DNA of 64,000 nt, taken from an uncultured Clostridia bacterium. Lineage in GTDB: Bacteria > Bacillota > Clostridia > TANB77 > CAG-465. Positions 39,697 to 48,857 of the stretch are shown here, piece after piece (position 1 is the stretch's first letter; each line of letters begins with the position of its first letter). The notes under the pieces are model-generated. The model worked only from the letters and a program-made list of their open reading frames with translations, searched no databases and was not told the DNA's origin. The DNA lies in the NCBI GenBank assembly GCA_944387385.1, contig CALXES010000001.1, forward strand, positions 86,641 to 150,640, in the 5' to 3' direction. Made by a program: the position numbers and the translations under genes.

Positions 39697-42600
39697 ATGA
39701 AAAAAACTAAATATTTTTTGTTTATTACTATAGTATTTGCTTTTTTTATTACATTTAATAAGGTAAATGCTGTAGAGGAGTTACCAGATAATGGTGCAAA
39801 AATTTCATCTTCACAAATAATACAAACAAAAACAGGAACAGGACCATTTGACGAAAATGATGAGCCAGGAAATGATTCAAGTGAAGATAATAATATAGTA
39901 CGTTCATTTGATCAAGTTACGTGGACAATTGAAAACACAATGGTATTAAATAATTCAGATGCGACAGGATATACAGGAGGAAAAATATTTTTTGAAGCAA
40001 CATTACCAGATGTGTTTACAAGTGAAACAGCAAAATGGGATTTAGATTCAATGGCGTGGGTAGAAAATGCCCAAGTATCTAATGATGGTTTAACTCTTAG
40101 TGGATATTATCAAATGGGAACAGAAAATATAACAATACCAGGAAAACAAACTTTAGTTTTTGTGACTAAAATTGAAGGGGCAGCTAATAATACTGAATTT
40201 CAACCAACAATAAAATTATGGTTAAATGGAAATACTGATGATAATATACAAACAGTTATTCCTAAAAAGAATATAGTTAGTGCAACTCCTAGATATAATA
40301 TAAAATTAGTAAATAATAGCTATTGGAATCAAAGAGTAGATGTTGATTTTGGAGAAGGTAGCGAAGTTGGAAGAATGTATGGATATGGTTTTGTTATACA
40401 GTTATATAATACTAGTCCATCAAAAGCTTTAAAGGGATTAGAATTCCCAAAAGGTGATATTACTTTTGATATAAAATTGAAAATGGAAAGGTCCGATGTT
40501 GGAAGTAAAGAAGTTGAAGACATAACAAAAAATAGTGATTTAAAACTTTGGAATTACCAAGTAAATAATAGTAGTAATTATGGTTATATACCTAATAGAT
40601 CAATGGTATTTAGTGGAATAGTACATAGTAGGTTTAATTATAATATACCTTATGGAAAAGCAACTTCAGAAAATATGGAAAAATATGGTAACAGAGTATA
40701 TGATTCTGGAAATTTTGAAATGACACAAATAAATGAAGATACTATTCGTGTTACTGTAAGAGATTATAAATTTAATGGAATGTTTCCTGTTTGTGATGCA
40801 GAATCTACAAAGGAACATAGTACTATTTATACTGAAAATATAGGATGTTTTGTATCAGATTATTTTCAGATTTTTGTTCCAGATAATGATGCAACAACCA
40901 TTGCAAATAGTAATTATTATTTAACTGTTGAAAATACAGATTTTAAAGCTACATCTATTTCAGGCACTGATGTATCTACTCAAGAAAAAACTACTGATGA
41001 TAAGGTTAGACTAACACATGTTAGATTTAGAAATGGATCTTATAGTCAATATACGTACATATATAACAAAGAGGGAAATGCTTATTTATCCACAGATTGG
41101 AGATATGGAGATGCTACTGCTTCAATTGGGGATATATTTACTTTAAATTCTACTTCTGAAATTGGAAGAACAAATGAAGATGATGTTTATGAAATAGATA
41201 AATTAGTTAAATTTGATGGAGAAGCATTTGAGCCAGTTGCTGTAAATGGAAAATATTATTTTCTAAATTCTTTTAATACGATGACTTTTAATAATTATTT
41301 TGTTACCAAAAAGGATGGTACAAATTGGATTTCGCAAGATGAGATGAATAAAGCCGTTATAGAAGATTTGGTTATATATAATAGCATTGAAGATATACCA
41401 GATGGGTATTTGTGTGTTGGAATGTATTATGAATCAAAGGATGGGTTCCTTGACTTACCGTATAGTATACCTTCAAGAAGAATACATACTTATTTAAGAA
41501 TAAAAGAAAATGCAGTTATTGGTCAAACATATGGTTTTACTCAAACAAATAAATATTGGTTAGAAGACTTAGATAGAACAAAATATAGTCAGACTATCGT
41601 AAATGGTTACGATACTTATCCTAAGCCAGTTTACAGTTCTAGTGGGTTAAACTATATAAAGACTGAATATGATGAAAATGGAGTACAGATTTCTGGTACA
41701 CATAGCGGTGCTCATGTATATGGTAATTCTCTTCTTATAATTGGAGCAAAACAAGGAATACAACAATCAACTTTTGATACTAGTAATCAGCCAAAAGTAA
41801 ATTTTGATTTGGGAAGAAATGAAAATATTGTTAGATATAAAATTGAACCAAATTTATACCAAGATAATCAAAATAAAAGTGAGATATCTAATGTTACAAT
41901 AAAAATAACTGATACATTACCACTAGGACTTTCATATGTCGCAGGAAGTTCTAATTATGGAGAGCCACAAATAACTAAAAATGGTGATGGTACAACGACT
42001 TTAATATTTTATATTAATAATTGTGTTACAGATAAAAAAATAGATGAATTATATTTTAGTGCAAGTATAGATGAAGACACAGCAAACGGAGTACAATATA
42101 CAAATAAAGCTGTAATATCTACTGATGATGAAAGAGTTGGTAATACACCTATTGCTAAAAGAACATCTACAAGTACAATACAAATAATAAATTTATCATC
42201 ACATAGATTATATAAGTCAGTAGAAACACCAGTAATAGAGAAAAATGGAGAAATACATTATAGAGTATCATATAAAAATAATACAGATGGAACAATACCA
42301 GAATTTCAAATGTTAGATATACTACCATATAATGGAGATAGTAGAGGAACAGAATATACAGGAAGTTATACGCTAGATAGACTTGTAGTAACACAGACAA
42401 ATGGAAATGGAGAAGAAGTATCAAATGACAATCTAAAAATATTATATACATCAGATGAGAGCGTAAGAGGAAAAATATCGTCAAAAGATGAAAATTTAGG
42501 TGAAGGATGGACAGAAGCAAAAGCGGAGACAATAAAACAAAAAGTAGTAGCGTATGTAATAAAAGGAGAAATAGGAGCACAGTCAAGTGTAACAGTAGAC

Positions 42601-45549
42601 ATCTATGTAAAAACAAATGGAAATAAAGGATTAGATAAATATGTAAATAGTGCAACAGCACAAGTATATAAAGATACAGAAGAGATGGTAACAAGTAATG
42701 CAGTAAGTCAAGTAGTAGAAAGAAAAATAGAAGGAATAGCATGGGAAGATACAAATTCAAATGGAGTAAAAGATGAAGGAGAAGAATTATTAAAGAATGT
42801 AGAAGTAAGTTTAACAAATGATCAAGGGGAAGAAGTAACAGATGTAAATGGAAATAAAGTAAGTTCAGTAAGAACAAATGAAGAAGGGTATTATAAATTT
42901 GAAAATTTACCAAGAGGGAATTATTATATAAGAGTATCAATACCAAGTAGTAAATATGAATTAACAGAAAAAGAAGTAGGAACAAATAGTGAGATAAATA
43001 GTAAATTTGATGTAGAAGAAAGAGAAACAGATGAGATAACAAAATTAAATTCAATAGATTTACCAGAATTAACAGTATCAAATGTAAATGCAGGATTTGT
43101 AAAGAAAGAAACAAAAGTAAAAGTATTACACGTACTAGAAGGAACAGATGTAAGTAGTCCGGATAGTGTAACAGAAGTGCTATATCCAACAGAAGAGATA
43201 ACAGGAAGAGTAGATGATAATTATACAACACAAAATAGATTAGAAGAGATAAACGCAAACTCAAAAGTACAGTATGATTTAGTGACAGATGAAGTTTTAA
43301 ATAAAACAGGACAAATGACAGTAGATACAATCTATGTAGTGTATGAGTATAGAAAAGCACCAGGAATAATAAAAATAGAACATAAAGATATAGATACAAA
43401 AGAAGATTTAATAGAGCAAGAGATAAAAAATGGATATGTAGGAGAAGAGTATACAACAGAAAATAAATTAGAAGAAATAAATATAGCATATGATAATAAA
43501 TATGAGTTAGTAAGTGAGCCAGAAAATAAAAACGGAGAATATAAAAGAGAAGAGCAGATAGTTACATATTATTATCAAAAGAAATTGGGAGAAGTAGAAG
43601 TAAATTATTTAGAAGTTGGAACAGAAAAGGTACTTGCAAAACAAGAAATAACACAAGATAAAGTAGATAATAAATATACAACAGTAAATAAGCTAGATGA
43701 AATAAATAAAGAATATGAAAATAAATATGAATTTGTAAATACGACAGGAGCTCAAACAGAAGGAATATATAAACTAGAAAAACAAGTAGTAAATTATTAT
43801 TATCAGAAAAAACAAGCAAAAGTAAAAGTATTACATGTACTAGAAGGAACAGATGTAAGTAGTCCAGAGAGTGTAACAGAAGTGCTATATCCAACAGAAG
43901 AGATAACAGGAAGAGTAGATGATAATTATACAACACAAAATAGATTAGAAGAGATAAACGCAAACTCAAAAGTACAGTATGATTTAGTGACAGATGAAGT
44001 TTTAAATAAAACAGGACAAATGACAGTAGATACAATCTATGTAGTGTATGAGTATAGAAAAGCACCAGGAATAATAAAAATAGAACATAAAGATATAGAT
44101 ACAAAAGAAGATTTAATAGAGCAAGAGATAAAAAATGGATATGTAGGAGAAGAGTATACAACAGAAAATAAATTAGATGAGATAAATATAGCATATGATA
44201 ATAAATATGAGTTAGTAAGTGAGCCAGAAAATAAAAATGGAGAATATAAAAGAGAAGAGCAGATAGTTACATATTATTATAAAAAGAAAATAGGAGAAGT
44301 AGAAGTAAATTATTTAGAAATAGGGACAGAAAAAGTACTAGCAAGTCAAGAAATATTAAAAGATAAAGTAGATAAAGAGTATACAACAGAAAATAAGTTA
44401 GATGAAATAAATGCAAATAATGATAATAAATACGAGTTTGTAAAGACAACAGGAGATCCAACAGAAGGAATATATAAACTAGAAAAACAAGTAATAAATT
44501 ATTATTATCAAAAGAAAGCAACAAGAGTAAAAGTATTGCATGTATTAGAAGGAACAGATGTAAGTAGTCCAGAGAATGTAACAGATGTATTATATCCAAC
44601 AGAGGAGATAATAGGAAGAGTAGACGATAATTATACAACACAAAATAGACTAGAAGAAATAAATGGAAACTCAAAAGTACAATATGATCTAGTAACAGAT
44701 GAAGTGTTAAATAAAACAGGTCAAATGACAGTAGATACAATCTATGTAGTATATGAATATAGAAAAGCCCCAGGAACAATAAAAATAGAACATAAAGATA
44801 TAAATACAGGTGAAGACTTAATAGAAGTAGAAACAAAAAATGGAATAGTAGGAGAAGAATATAAGACAACAAATAAATTAGACGAGATAAATGAAAAATA
44901 TGATAATAAATATGAGCTAGTAAGTGAACCAGGAAATAAAGATGGAGAATATAAAAGAGAAGAGCAGACAATAACATATTATTATCAGAAAAAAGCAACA
45001 AATGTAATAGTAAAATATGTAGACATAGATACAGAAGAAGAATTAATAGAAGGAGAAGAAATAATAGGAAGAATAGATGATGAATATAAGACAGAAGATA
45101 AGATAGAAGAGATAAATGAGAAGCAGACAAATAAATATGTATTAGTAAAGACAACAGAAAATATAGAAGGAAAAATGGAGAAAGAAACAATAGAAGTAGT
45201 ATATTATTATAAGAAAGTAGAAGCACAAGTAATAGTAAAACATGTAGATGAAGAAACAGAAGAAGAGATAGCAGAAAGAGAATACATAGGAGGATACGTA
45301 GGAGATAGATATACAACAAGAGAAAAAGAAATAGAAGGGTATGAGGTAGTAATAGAGAGAATACCAAAAAATAAAGAAGGAAATATGGAAGAAGAAGTAA
45401 TAGAAGTAATATACTATTATAAAAAGATACCAAAAGTAGAAAATATAGATACAGGAGATATAGCAGTGTATGCAGTAGCAAGTGTAGCAGTAATATGTGT
45501 AATAGGAATAGTATATGTAATAATAAAAAATAGAAAGAAAAATAAATAA
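39697..45549 (+). CDS. Giant cell-surface adhesin (~1950 aa): signal peptide, large beta-rich N-terminal region, SdrD-B-like domain, 10 MucBP-like modules, C-terminal sorting signal
   Basis: Signal peptide MKKTKYFLFITIVFAFFITFNKVNA. DUF11/Cna-like TDTLPLGLSYVAGSS. SdrD-B-like IEGIAWEDTNSNGVKDEGE...YYKFENLPRGNYYI. Repeated ~78-aa modules with the V-V-Y..E.G...L....I.G..G..Y.T pattern of MucBP. The C-terminus is NIDTGD, a 22-aa hydrophobic stretch, then KNRKKNK. The start could be 39691. Confidence 0.9.
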   Translation: MKKTKYFLFITIVFAFFITFNKVNAVEELPDNGAKISSSQIIQTKTGTGPFDENDEPGNDSSEDNNIVRSFDQVTWTIENTMVLNNSDATGYTGGKIFFEATLPDVFTSETAKWDLDSMAWVENAQVSNDGLTLSGYYQMGTENITIPGKQTLVFVTKIEGAANNTEFQPTIKLWLNGNTDDNIQTVIPKKNIVSATPRYNIKLVNNSYWNQRVDVDFGEGSEVGRMYGYGFVIQLYNTSPSKALKGLEFPKGDITFDIKLKMERSDVGSKEVEDITKNSDLKLWNYQVNNSSNYGYIPNRSMVFSGIVHSRFNYNIPYGKATSENMEKYGNRVYDSGNFEMTQINEDTIRVTVRDYKFNGMFPVCDAESTKEHSTIYTENIGCFVSDYFQIFVPDNDATTIANSNYYLTVENTDFKATSISGTDVSTQEKTTDDKVRLTHVRFRNGSYSQYTYIYNKEGNAYLSTDWRYGDATASIGDIFTLNSTSEIGRTNEDDVYEIDKLVKFDGEAFEPVAVNGKYYFLNSFNTMTFNNYFVTKKDGTNWISQDEMNKAVIEDLVIYNSIEDIPDGYLCVGMYYESKDGFLDLPYSIPSRRIHTYLRIKENAVIGQTYGFTQTNKYWLEDLDRTKYSQTIVNGYDTYPKPVYSSSGLNYIKTEYDENGVQISGTHSGAHVYGNSLLIIGAKQGIQQSTFDTSNQPKVNFDLGRNENIVRYKIEPNLYQDNQNKSEISNVTIKITDTLPLGLSYVAGSSNYGEPQITKNGDGTTTLIFYINNCVTDKKIDELYFSASIDEDTANGVQYTNKAVISTDDERVGNTPIAKRTSTSTIQIINLSSHRLYKSVETPVIEKNGEIHYRVSYKNNTDGTIPEFQMLDILPYNGDSRGTEYTGSYTLDRLVVTQTNGNGEEVSNDNLKILYTSDESVRGKISSKDENLGEGWTEAKAETIKQKVVAYVIKGEIGAQSSVTVDIYVKTNGNKGLDKYVNSATAQVYKDTEEMVTSNAVSQVVERKIEGIAWEDTNSNGVKDEGEELLKNVEVSLTNDQGEEVTDVNGNKVSSVRTNEEGYYKFENLPRGNYYIRVSIPSSKYELTEKEVGTNSEINSKFDVEERETDEITKLNSIDLPELTVSNVNAGFVKKETKVKVLHVLEGTDVSSPDSVTEVLYPTEEITGRVDDNYTTQNRLEEINANSKVQYDLVTDEVLNKTGQMTVDTIYVVYEYRKAPGIIKIEHKDIDTKEDLIEQEIKNGYVGEEYTTENKLEEINIAYDNKYELVSEPENKNGEYKREEQIVTYYYQKKLGEVEVNYLEVGTEKVLAKQEITQDKVDNKYTTVNKLDEINKEYENKYEFVNTTGAQTEGIYKLEKQVVNYYYQKKQAKVKVLHVLEGTDVSSPESVTEVLYPTEEITGRVDDNYTTQNRLEEINANSKVQYDLVTDEVLNKTGQMTVDTIYVVYEYRKAPGIIKIEHKDIDTKEDLIEQEIKNGYVGEEYTTENKLDEINIAYDNKYELVSEPENKNGEYKREEQIVTYYYKKKIGEVEVNYLEIGTEKVLASQEILKDKVDKEYTTENKLDEINANNDNKYEFVKTTGDPTEGIYKLEKQVINYYYQKKATRVKVLHVLEGTDVSSPENVTDVLYPTEEIIGRVDDNYTTQNRLEEINGNSKVQYDLVTDEVLNKTGQMTVDTIYVVYEYRKAPGTIKIEHKDINTGEDLIEVETKNGIVGEEYKTTNKLDEINEKYDNKYELVSEPGNKDGEYKREEQTITYYYQKKATNVIVKYVDIDTEEELIEGEEIIGRIDDEYKTEDKIEEINEKQTNKYVLVKTTENIEGKMEKETIEVVYYYKKVEAQVIVKHVDEETEEEIAEREYIGGYVGDRYTTREKEIEGYEVVIERIPKNKEGNMEEEVIEVIYYYKKIPKVENIDTGDIAVYAVASVAVICVIGIVYVIIKNRKKNK
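43114..44997 (+). repeat. Intragenic tandem repeat, period 705 bp (235 aa = three MucBP-like modules), 2.67 copies
   Basis: Copies start at 43114, 43819 and 44524. By eye, 43117-43575 and 43822-44280 differ at only 6 positions. The third module of each unit and the third copy are clearly more diverged. Confidence 0.95.
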
Positions 45550-45553
45550 TAAA

Positions 45554-45586
45554 AAAGCATCTTAACTTATGTTAGGATGCTTTTTA
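45554..45586 (+). terminator. Rho-independent terminator after the adhesin gene
   Basis: 13-bp stem AAAGCATCTTAAC / GTTAGGATGCTTT (one G-U pair), loop TTAT, T-run. Confidence 0.85.
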
Positions 45587-45696
45587 TATAAAATTTAATT
45601 TAAAATATATTTTATATGCTTTTAGAGTATAATATTAATATCTATTACAATTACTTTTTTTTGACATCAAACTTAAGTTACTTTGTATTAATTTAC

Positions 45697-45725
45697 TTGA
45701 ACAATAAAGTTATTTATAGTATAAT
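45697..45725 (+). promoter_or_regulatory. pnp promoter
   Basis: TTGAAC, 17 nt, TATAAT. Confidence 0.6.
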
Positions 45726-45741
45726 GTAAACAAGTATGTCT

Positions 45742-45810
45742 ATAGGTGTAATTGTAGTAATAATTTGTGAATATAGATCTTATATTTAGAAATTATTATT
45801 ACAAACCTAT
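45742..45810 (+). promoter_or_regulatory. Long imperfect hairpin in the pnp 5' leader
   Basis: ATAGGT...TGTAGTAATAATTT (45753-45766) pairs with AAATTATTATTACA (45790-45803)...ACCTAT, with one bulged G. It lies between the promoter and the RBS. Confidence 0.5.
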
Positions 45811-45846
45811 GGATTACTAAATTATTAGTATTAGGGAGGAACAAAA

Positions 45847-47955
45847 ATGTATAAAAAATTTGAAACTTCATTTGCAGGCAAGAAGCTTGTAGTTGAAACA
45901 GGAAAGATGTCTAATCTTTCAAACGGTTCTTGTTTAGTAAGATATGGCCAAACAGCTGTACTTGTAAATGTAAATATGTCAAAAGAACCAAGAGAAGGTA
46001 TTGACTTTTTACCATTATCAGTAGATTATGATGAAAGATTATATGCTGTAGGAAAGATACCAGGTGGATATATTAAAAGAGAAGGAAAGCCATCAACAAA
46101 GGCCGTGCTTGTGTCTCGTGTTATTGATAGACCACTACGTCCTTTATTTCCAAAAGATTATAGAAATGATACAGCAATCGATGCTTTGGTTCTTGCTGTA
46201 GATCCAGATGTATTGCCAGAAATACCGGCTTCAGTTGGAGCATCTATAGCTCTTAATATATCTGACATACCTTTTGATACTCTAGTTGGTACTGTAAAGG
46301 TAGGCATAATAGATGATAAGATAGTTTTAAATCCAAACTTAGAAGAAAGAGAAAAATCTATTTTAGATTTAACAGTTTCTGCAACTCCAACTAAGATTTG
46401 TATGATTGAAGCAGGAGCAAACGAAGTTCCTGATGATAAAATGCTTGAAGCAATTAAAGTAGCTCATGAAGAAATCAAAAATTTATGTGAATTTATATAT
46501 AATATAAAATCAGAAATAGGAAAACCAAAGGCAGAGTATAAATCTTTTGCTATTCCAGAAGATTTAGCAAACTTTATTTCAGATATTGCATATGATAAAA
46601 TGCAAGAAGCTGTTCAAACAGTAGAAAAAAATGAAAGAGACGAGAATGTTTCTAAAGTAAACGAATTTGTGATTGAAAAATACAAAGAAAAATTTGGTGA
46701 AGAAACATATGAAGAAAATAAATCAATGGTTGCAGAGGCATTATATAAAGCAGAAAAAAAGGCAGTAAGAGATTTAATCATTCTTCATGGAAAACGTGTT
46801 GATGGAAGAGCAAATGATGAGATAAGACCTTTATCTGCAGAAGTTGGACTTTTTGAAAGAGTTCATGGAAGTGCATTGTTTACAAGAGGACTTACACAAG
46901 TATTATCTATGGTAACACTTGGAAGTTCGTCTGATGTTCAAGAATTAGATGGCCTTGATGAAGAAGAGTCAAAAAGATATATGCATCATTATAATATGCC
47001 ACCATATAGCGTTGGAGAAGCAAGACCTTCTCGTGGACCTGGAAGAAGAGAAATAGGTCATGGAGCATTAGCAGAACGTGCTTTAGAACCAGTTATACCT
47101 TCTCAAGAGGAATTTCCATATACAATTAGAGTTGTATCAGAAGTCTTAAGTTCAAACGGTTCAACATCTCAAGGTAGTGTATGTGGATCAACACTTGCTC
47201 TTATGGATGCTGGAGTTCCAATTAAAGCTCCAGTTGCTGGAATTTCTACAGGCTTATTTACTAAAAACGGTTCAACTGATGATTATATAATGGTAACAGA
47301 TATTCAAGGAATAGAAGATTTCTTTGGAGATATGGATTTTAAAGTAGCAGGAACAAAAAAAGGAATTACTGCAATACAAGTAGATATAAAAATTGATGGT
47401 CTATCATATGAAATAATAGAGGAGGCTTTTGCCAGAACTCATAAAGCTAGAAATTATATTTTAGATGAGGTAATGTTAAAAGCTATAGATAAGCCAAGAG
47501 AACATGTTTCAAAATATGCACCAAAGATTGAAACAATAAAAATAAATCCAGATAAAATAAGAGATGTAATTGGGTCTGGTGGAAAAACAATCAACAAGAT
47601 TATAGATGAAACAGGTGTAAAAATTGATATAGAAGAGGATGGAACTGTTTATGTTGCAGGTATTGACCAAGAAATGTTAGATAAAGCTATTAGCATAATT
47701 GAATCATTAACAAGAGATGTTGAACTTAATGAGGTTTATCTTGGAAAAGTAACAAAAATATTACAATTTGGCGCACTTGTTGAAATATTACCAGGAAAAG
47801 AAGGATTATTACATATTTCTAAAATTTCTAAAGAAAGAGTAAATAAGGTTGAGGATGTATTAAATATTGGAGATGAAATTTTAGTTAAGGTTATTGAAAT
47901 TAATAAAGAAGACGGAAAATTCAGTCTTTCTGCAAAAGATGCTATGAAAGTTTAG
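45847..47955 (+). CDS. pnp: Polyribonucleotide nucleotidyltransferase (PNPase)
   Basis: 702 aa. Two RNase PH domains, KH (GSGGKTINKI) and S1 (GKVTKILQFGALVEI). Confidence 0.96.
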   Translation: MYKKFETSFAGKKLVVETGKMSNLSNGSCLVRYGQTAVLVNVNMSKEPREGIDFLPLSVDYDERLYAVGKIPGGYIKREGKPSTKAVLVSRVIDRPLRPLFPKDYRNDTAIDALVLAVDPDVLPEIPASVGASIALNISDIPFDTLVGTVKVGIIDDKIVLNPNLEEREKSILDLTVSATPTKICMIEAGANEVPDDKMLEAIKVAHEEIKNLCEFIYNIKSEIGKPKAEYKSFAIPEDLANFISDIAYDKMQEAVQTVEKNERDENVSKVNEFVIEKYKEKFGEETYEENKSMVAEALYKAEKKAVRDLIILHGKRVDGRANDEIRPLSAEVGLFERVHGSALFTRGLTQVLSMVTLGSSSDVQELDGLDEEESKRYMHHYNMPPYSVGEARPSRGPGRREIGHGALAERALEPVIPSQEEFPYTIRVVSEVLSSNGSTSQGSVCGSTLALMDAGVPIKAPVAGISTGLFTKNGSTDDYIMVTDIQGIEDFFGDMDFKVAGTKKGITAIQVDIKIDGLSYEIIEEAFARTHKARNYILDEVMLKAIDKPREHVSKYAPKIETIKINPDKIRDVIGSGGKTINKIIDETGVKIDIEEDGTVYVAGIDQEMLDKAISIIESLTRDVELNEVYLGKVTKILQFGALVEILPGKEGLLHISKISKERVNKVEDVLNIGDEILVKVIEINKEDGKFSLSAKDAMKV

Positions 47956-47965
47956 AGGTGTTTAG

Positions 47966-48796
47966 ATGCAAGTATATGCATTTGTTGGTAAGACAGGAAC
48001 AGGAAAGAGTTATAATGCTTTAAAAGTGGCAAAATCATATGATATAAAGTATATAATAGATGATGCTATATTAATAAAAGAAACTAAAGTTATAGCTGGA
48101 AAATCTGCCAAAACTGAGGAAAGTAAAATTGCCTCAGTTAAAGCAGCTATTTTCTTATATGAAGATCGTAGAAAAGAAATGATATCTGCAATTAAGAAAG
48201 AGAAAATAGATAAAATTTTAATTCTTGGGACTTCTGATGATATGGTAAAAAAAATAGCAGAAAATTTAAAACTAGGACCTATACAAAAAACAATATATAT
48301 TGAAGATGTTGCAAGCCCTGAAAAAATTGAAGAAGCAAGAAAATCTAGATTTGAAGAAGGAAAACATGTTGTACCTGTTCCAACTTTTGAAATAAAGAAA
48401 CAATTTTCAGGATACTTTATGGATCCGCTTAGAATGTTTGATATATATAGAAGAGAAAGTAGTAATATGTATGAGGCAGAAAGCTCAGAAAAGACTATAA
48501 TACGACCTACATATAGCTATCTTGGAAGATATAGAATATCAGATAACGTAATAAAAGAGATTATTATGTACACAGTAGAAAAAGTTGATGGCGTAAATAA
48601 AGTACAAAAAGTTTTTACTGAAAAGTATAGTGACGGAATGAGAATTGAAATGGATTTACAGATTGTATTTGGAAAAAATATTCCTAGTATAAGTAAAGAT
48701 GTAAAGAAAGTAACAATTCACTCTATAGATACAATGACTGGAATTAATCTTTTTGGAATAGACATTAATATTACATCTATTGTAAAGAAAAAATAA
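47966..48796 (+). CDS. Fusion-like protein: N-terminal P-loop NTPase/kinase-like domain + C-terminal Asp23/Gls24-like domain
   Basis: Walker A FVGKTGTGKS at residues 6-15. The C-terminal ~110 aa (YRISDNVIKEIIMYTVEKVDGV...MRIEMDLQIVFGKNIPSISKDVKKVTIHSIDTMTGINLFGIDINITSI) follow the Asp23 pattern. Confidence 0.6.
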   Translation: MQVYAFVGKTGTGKSYNALKVAKSYDIKYIIDDAILIKETKVIAGKSAKTEESKIASVKAAIFLYEDRRKEMISAIKKEKIDKILILGTSDDMVKKIAENLKLGPIQKTIYIEDVASPEKIEEARKSRFEEGKHVVPVPTFEIKKQFSGYFMDPLRMFDIYRRESSNMYEAESSEKTIIRPTYSYLGRYRISDNVIKEIIMYTVEKVDGVNKVQKVFTEKYSDGMRIEMDLQIVFGKNIPSISKDVKKVTIHSIDTMTGINLFGIDINITSIVKKK

Positions 48797-48810
48797 AATA
48801 GCTAAAAATG

Positions 48811-48839
48811 TTGAAATACAAAAGAATTTGTAGTAAAAT
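48811..48839 (+). promoter_or_regulatory. Sigma-A promoter
   Basis: TTGAAA, 17 nt, TAAAAT. Confidence 0.5.
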
Positions 48840-48857
48840 GTACGCGAGGGTGATAAA

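Noticed and set aside
42167-45481. Three very long minus-strand ORFs (42167-43489, 440 aa; 43562-44194, 210 aa; 44267-45481, 404 aa) antisense to the adhesin gene.
   Set aside because: Their translations are low-complexity Leu/Phe/Tyr/His strings with no RBS or sensible starts. They exist only because the sense strand almost never has a pyrimidine at codon position 3 in this region, so antisense stop codons cannot form. The two breaks coincide with the rare gtt-aca codon pair in each repeat. They are shadow ORFs, not overlapping genes.
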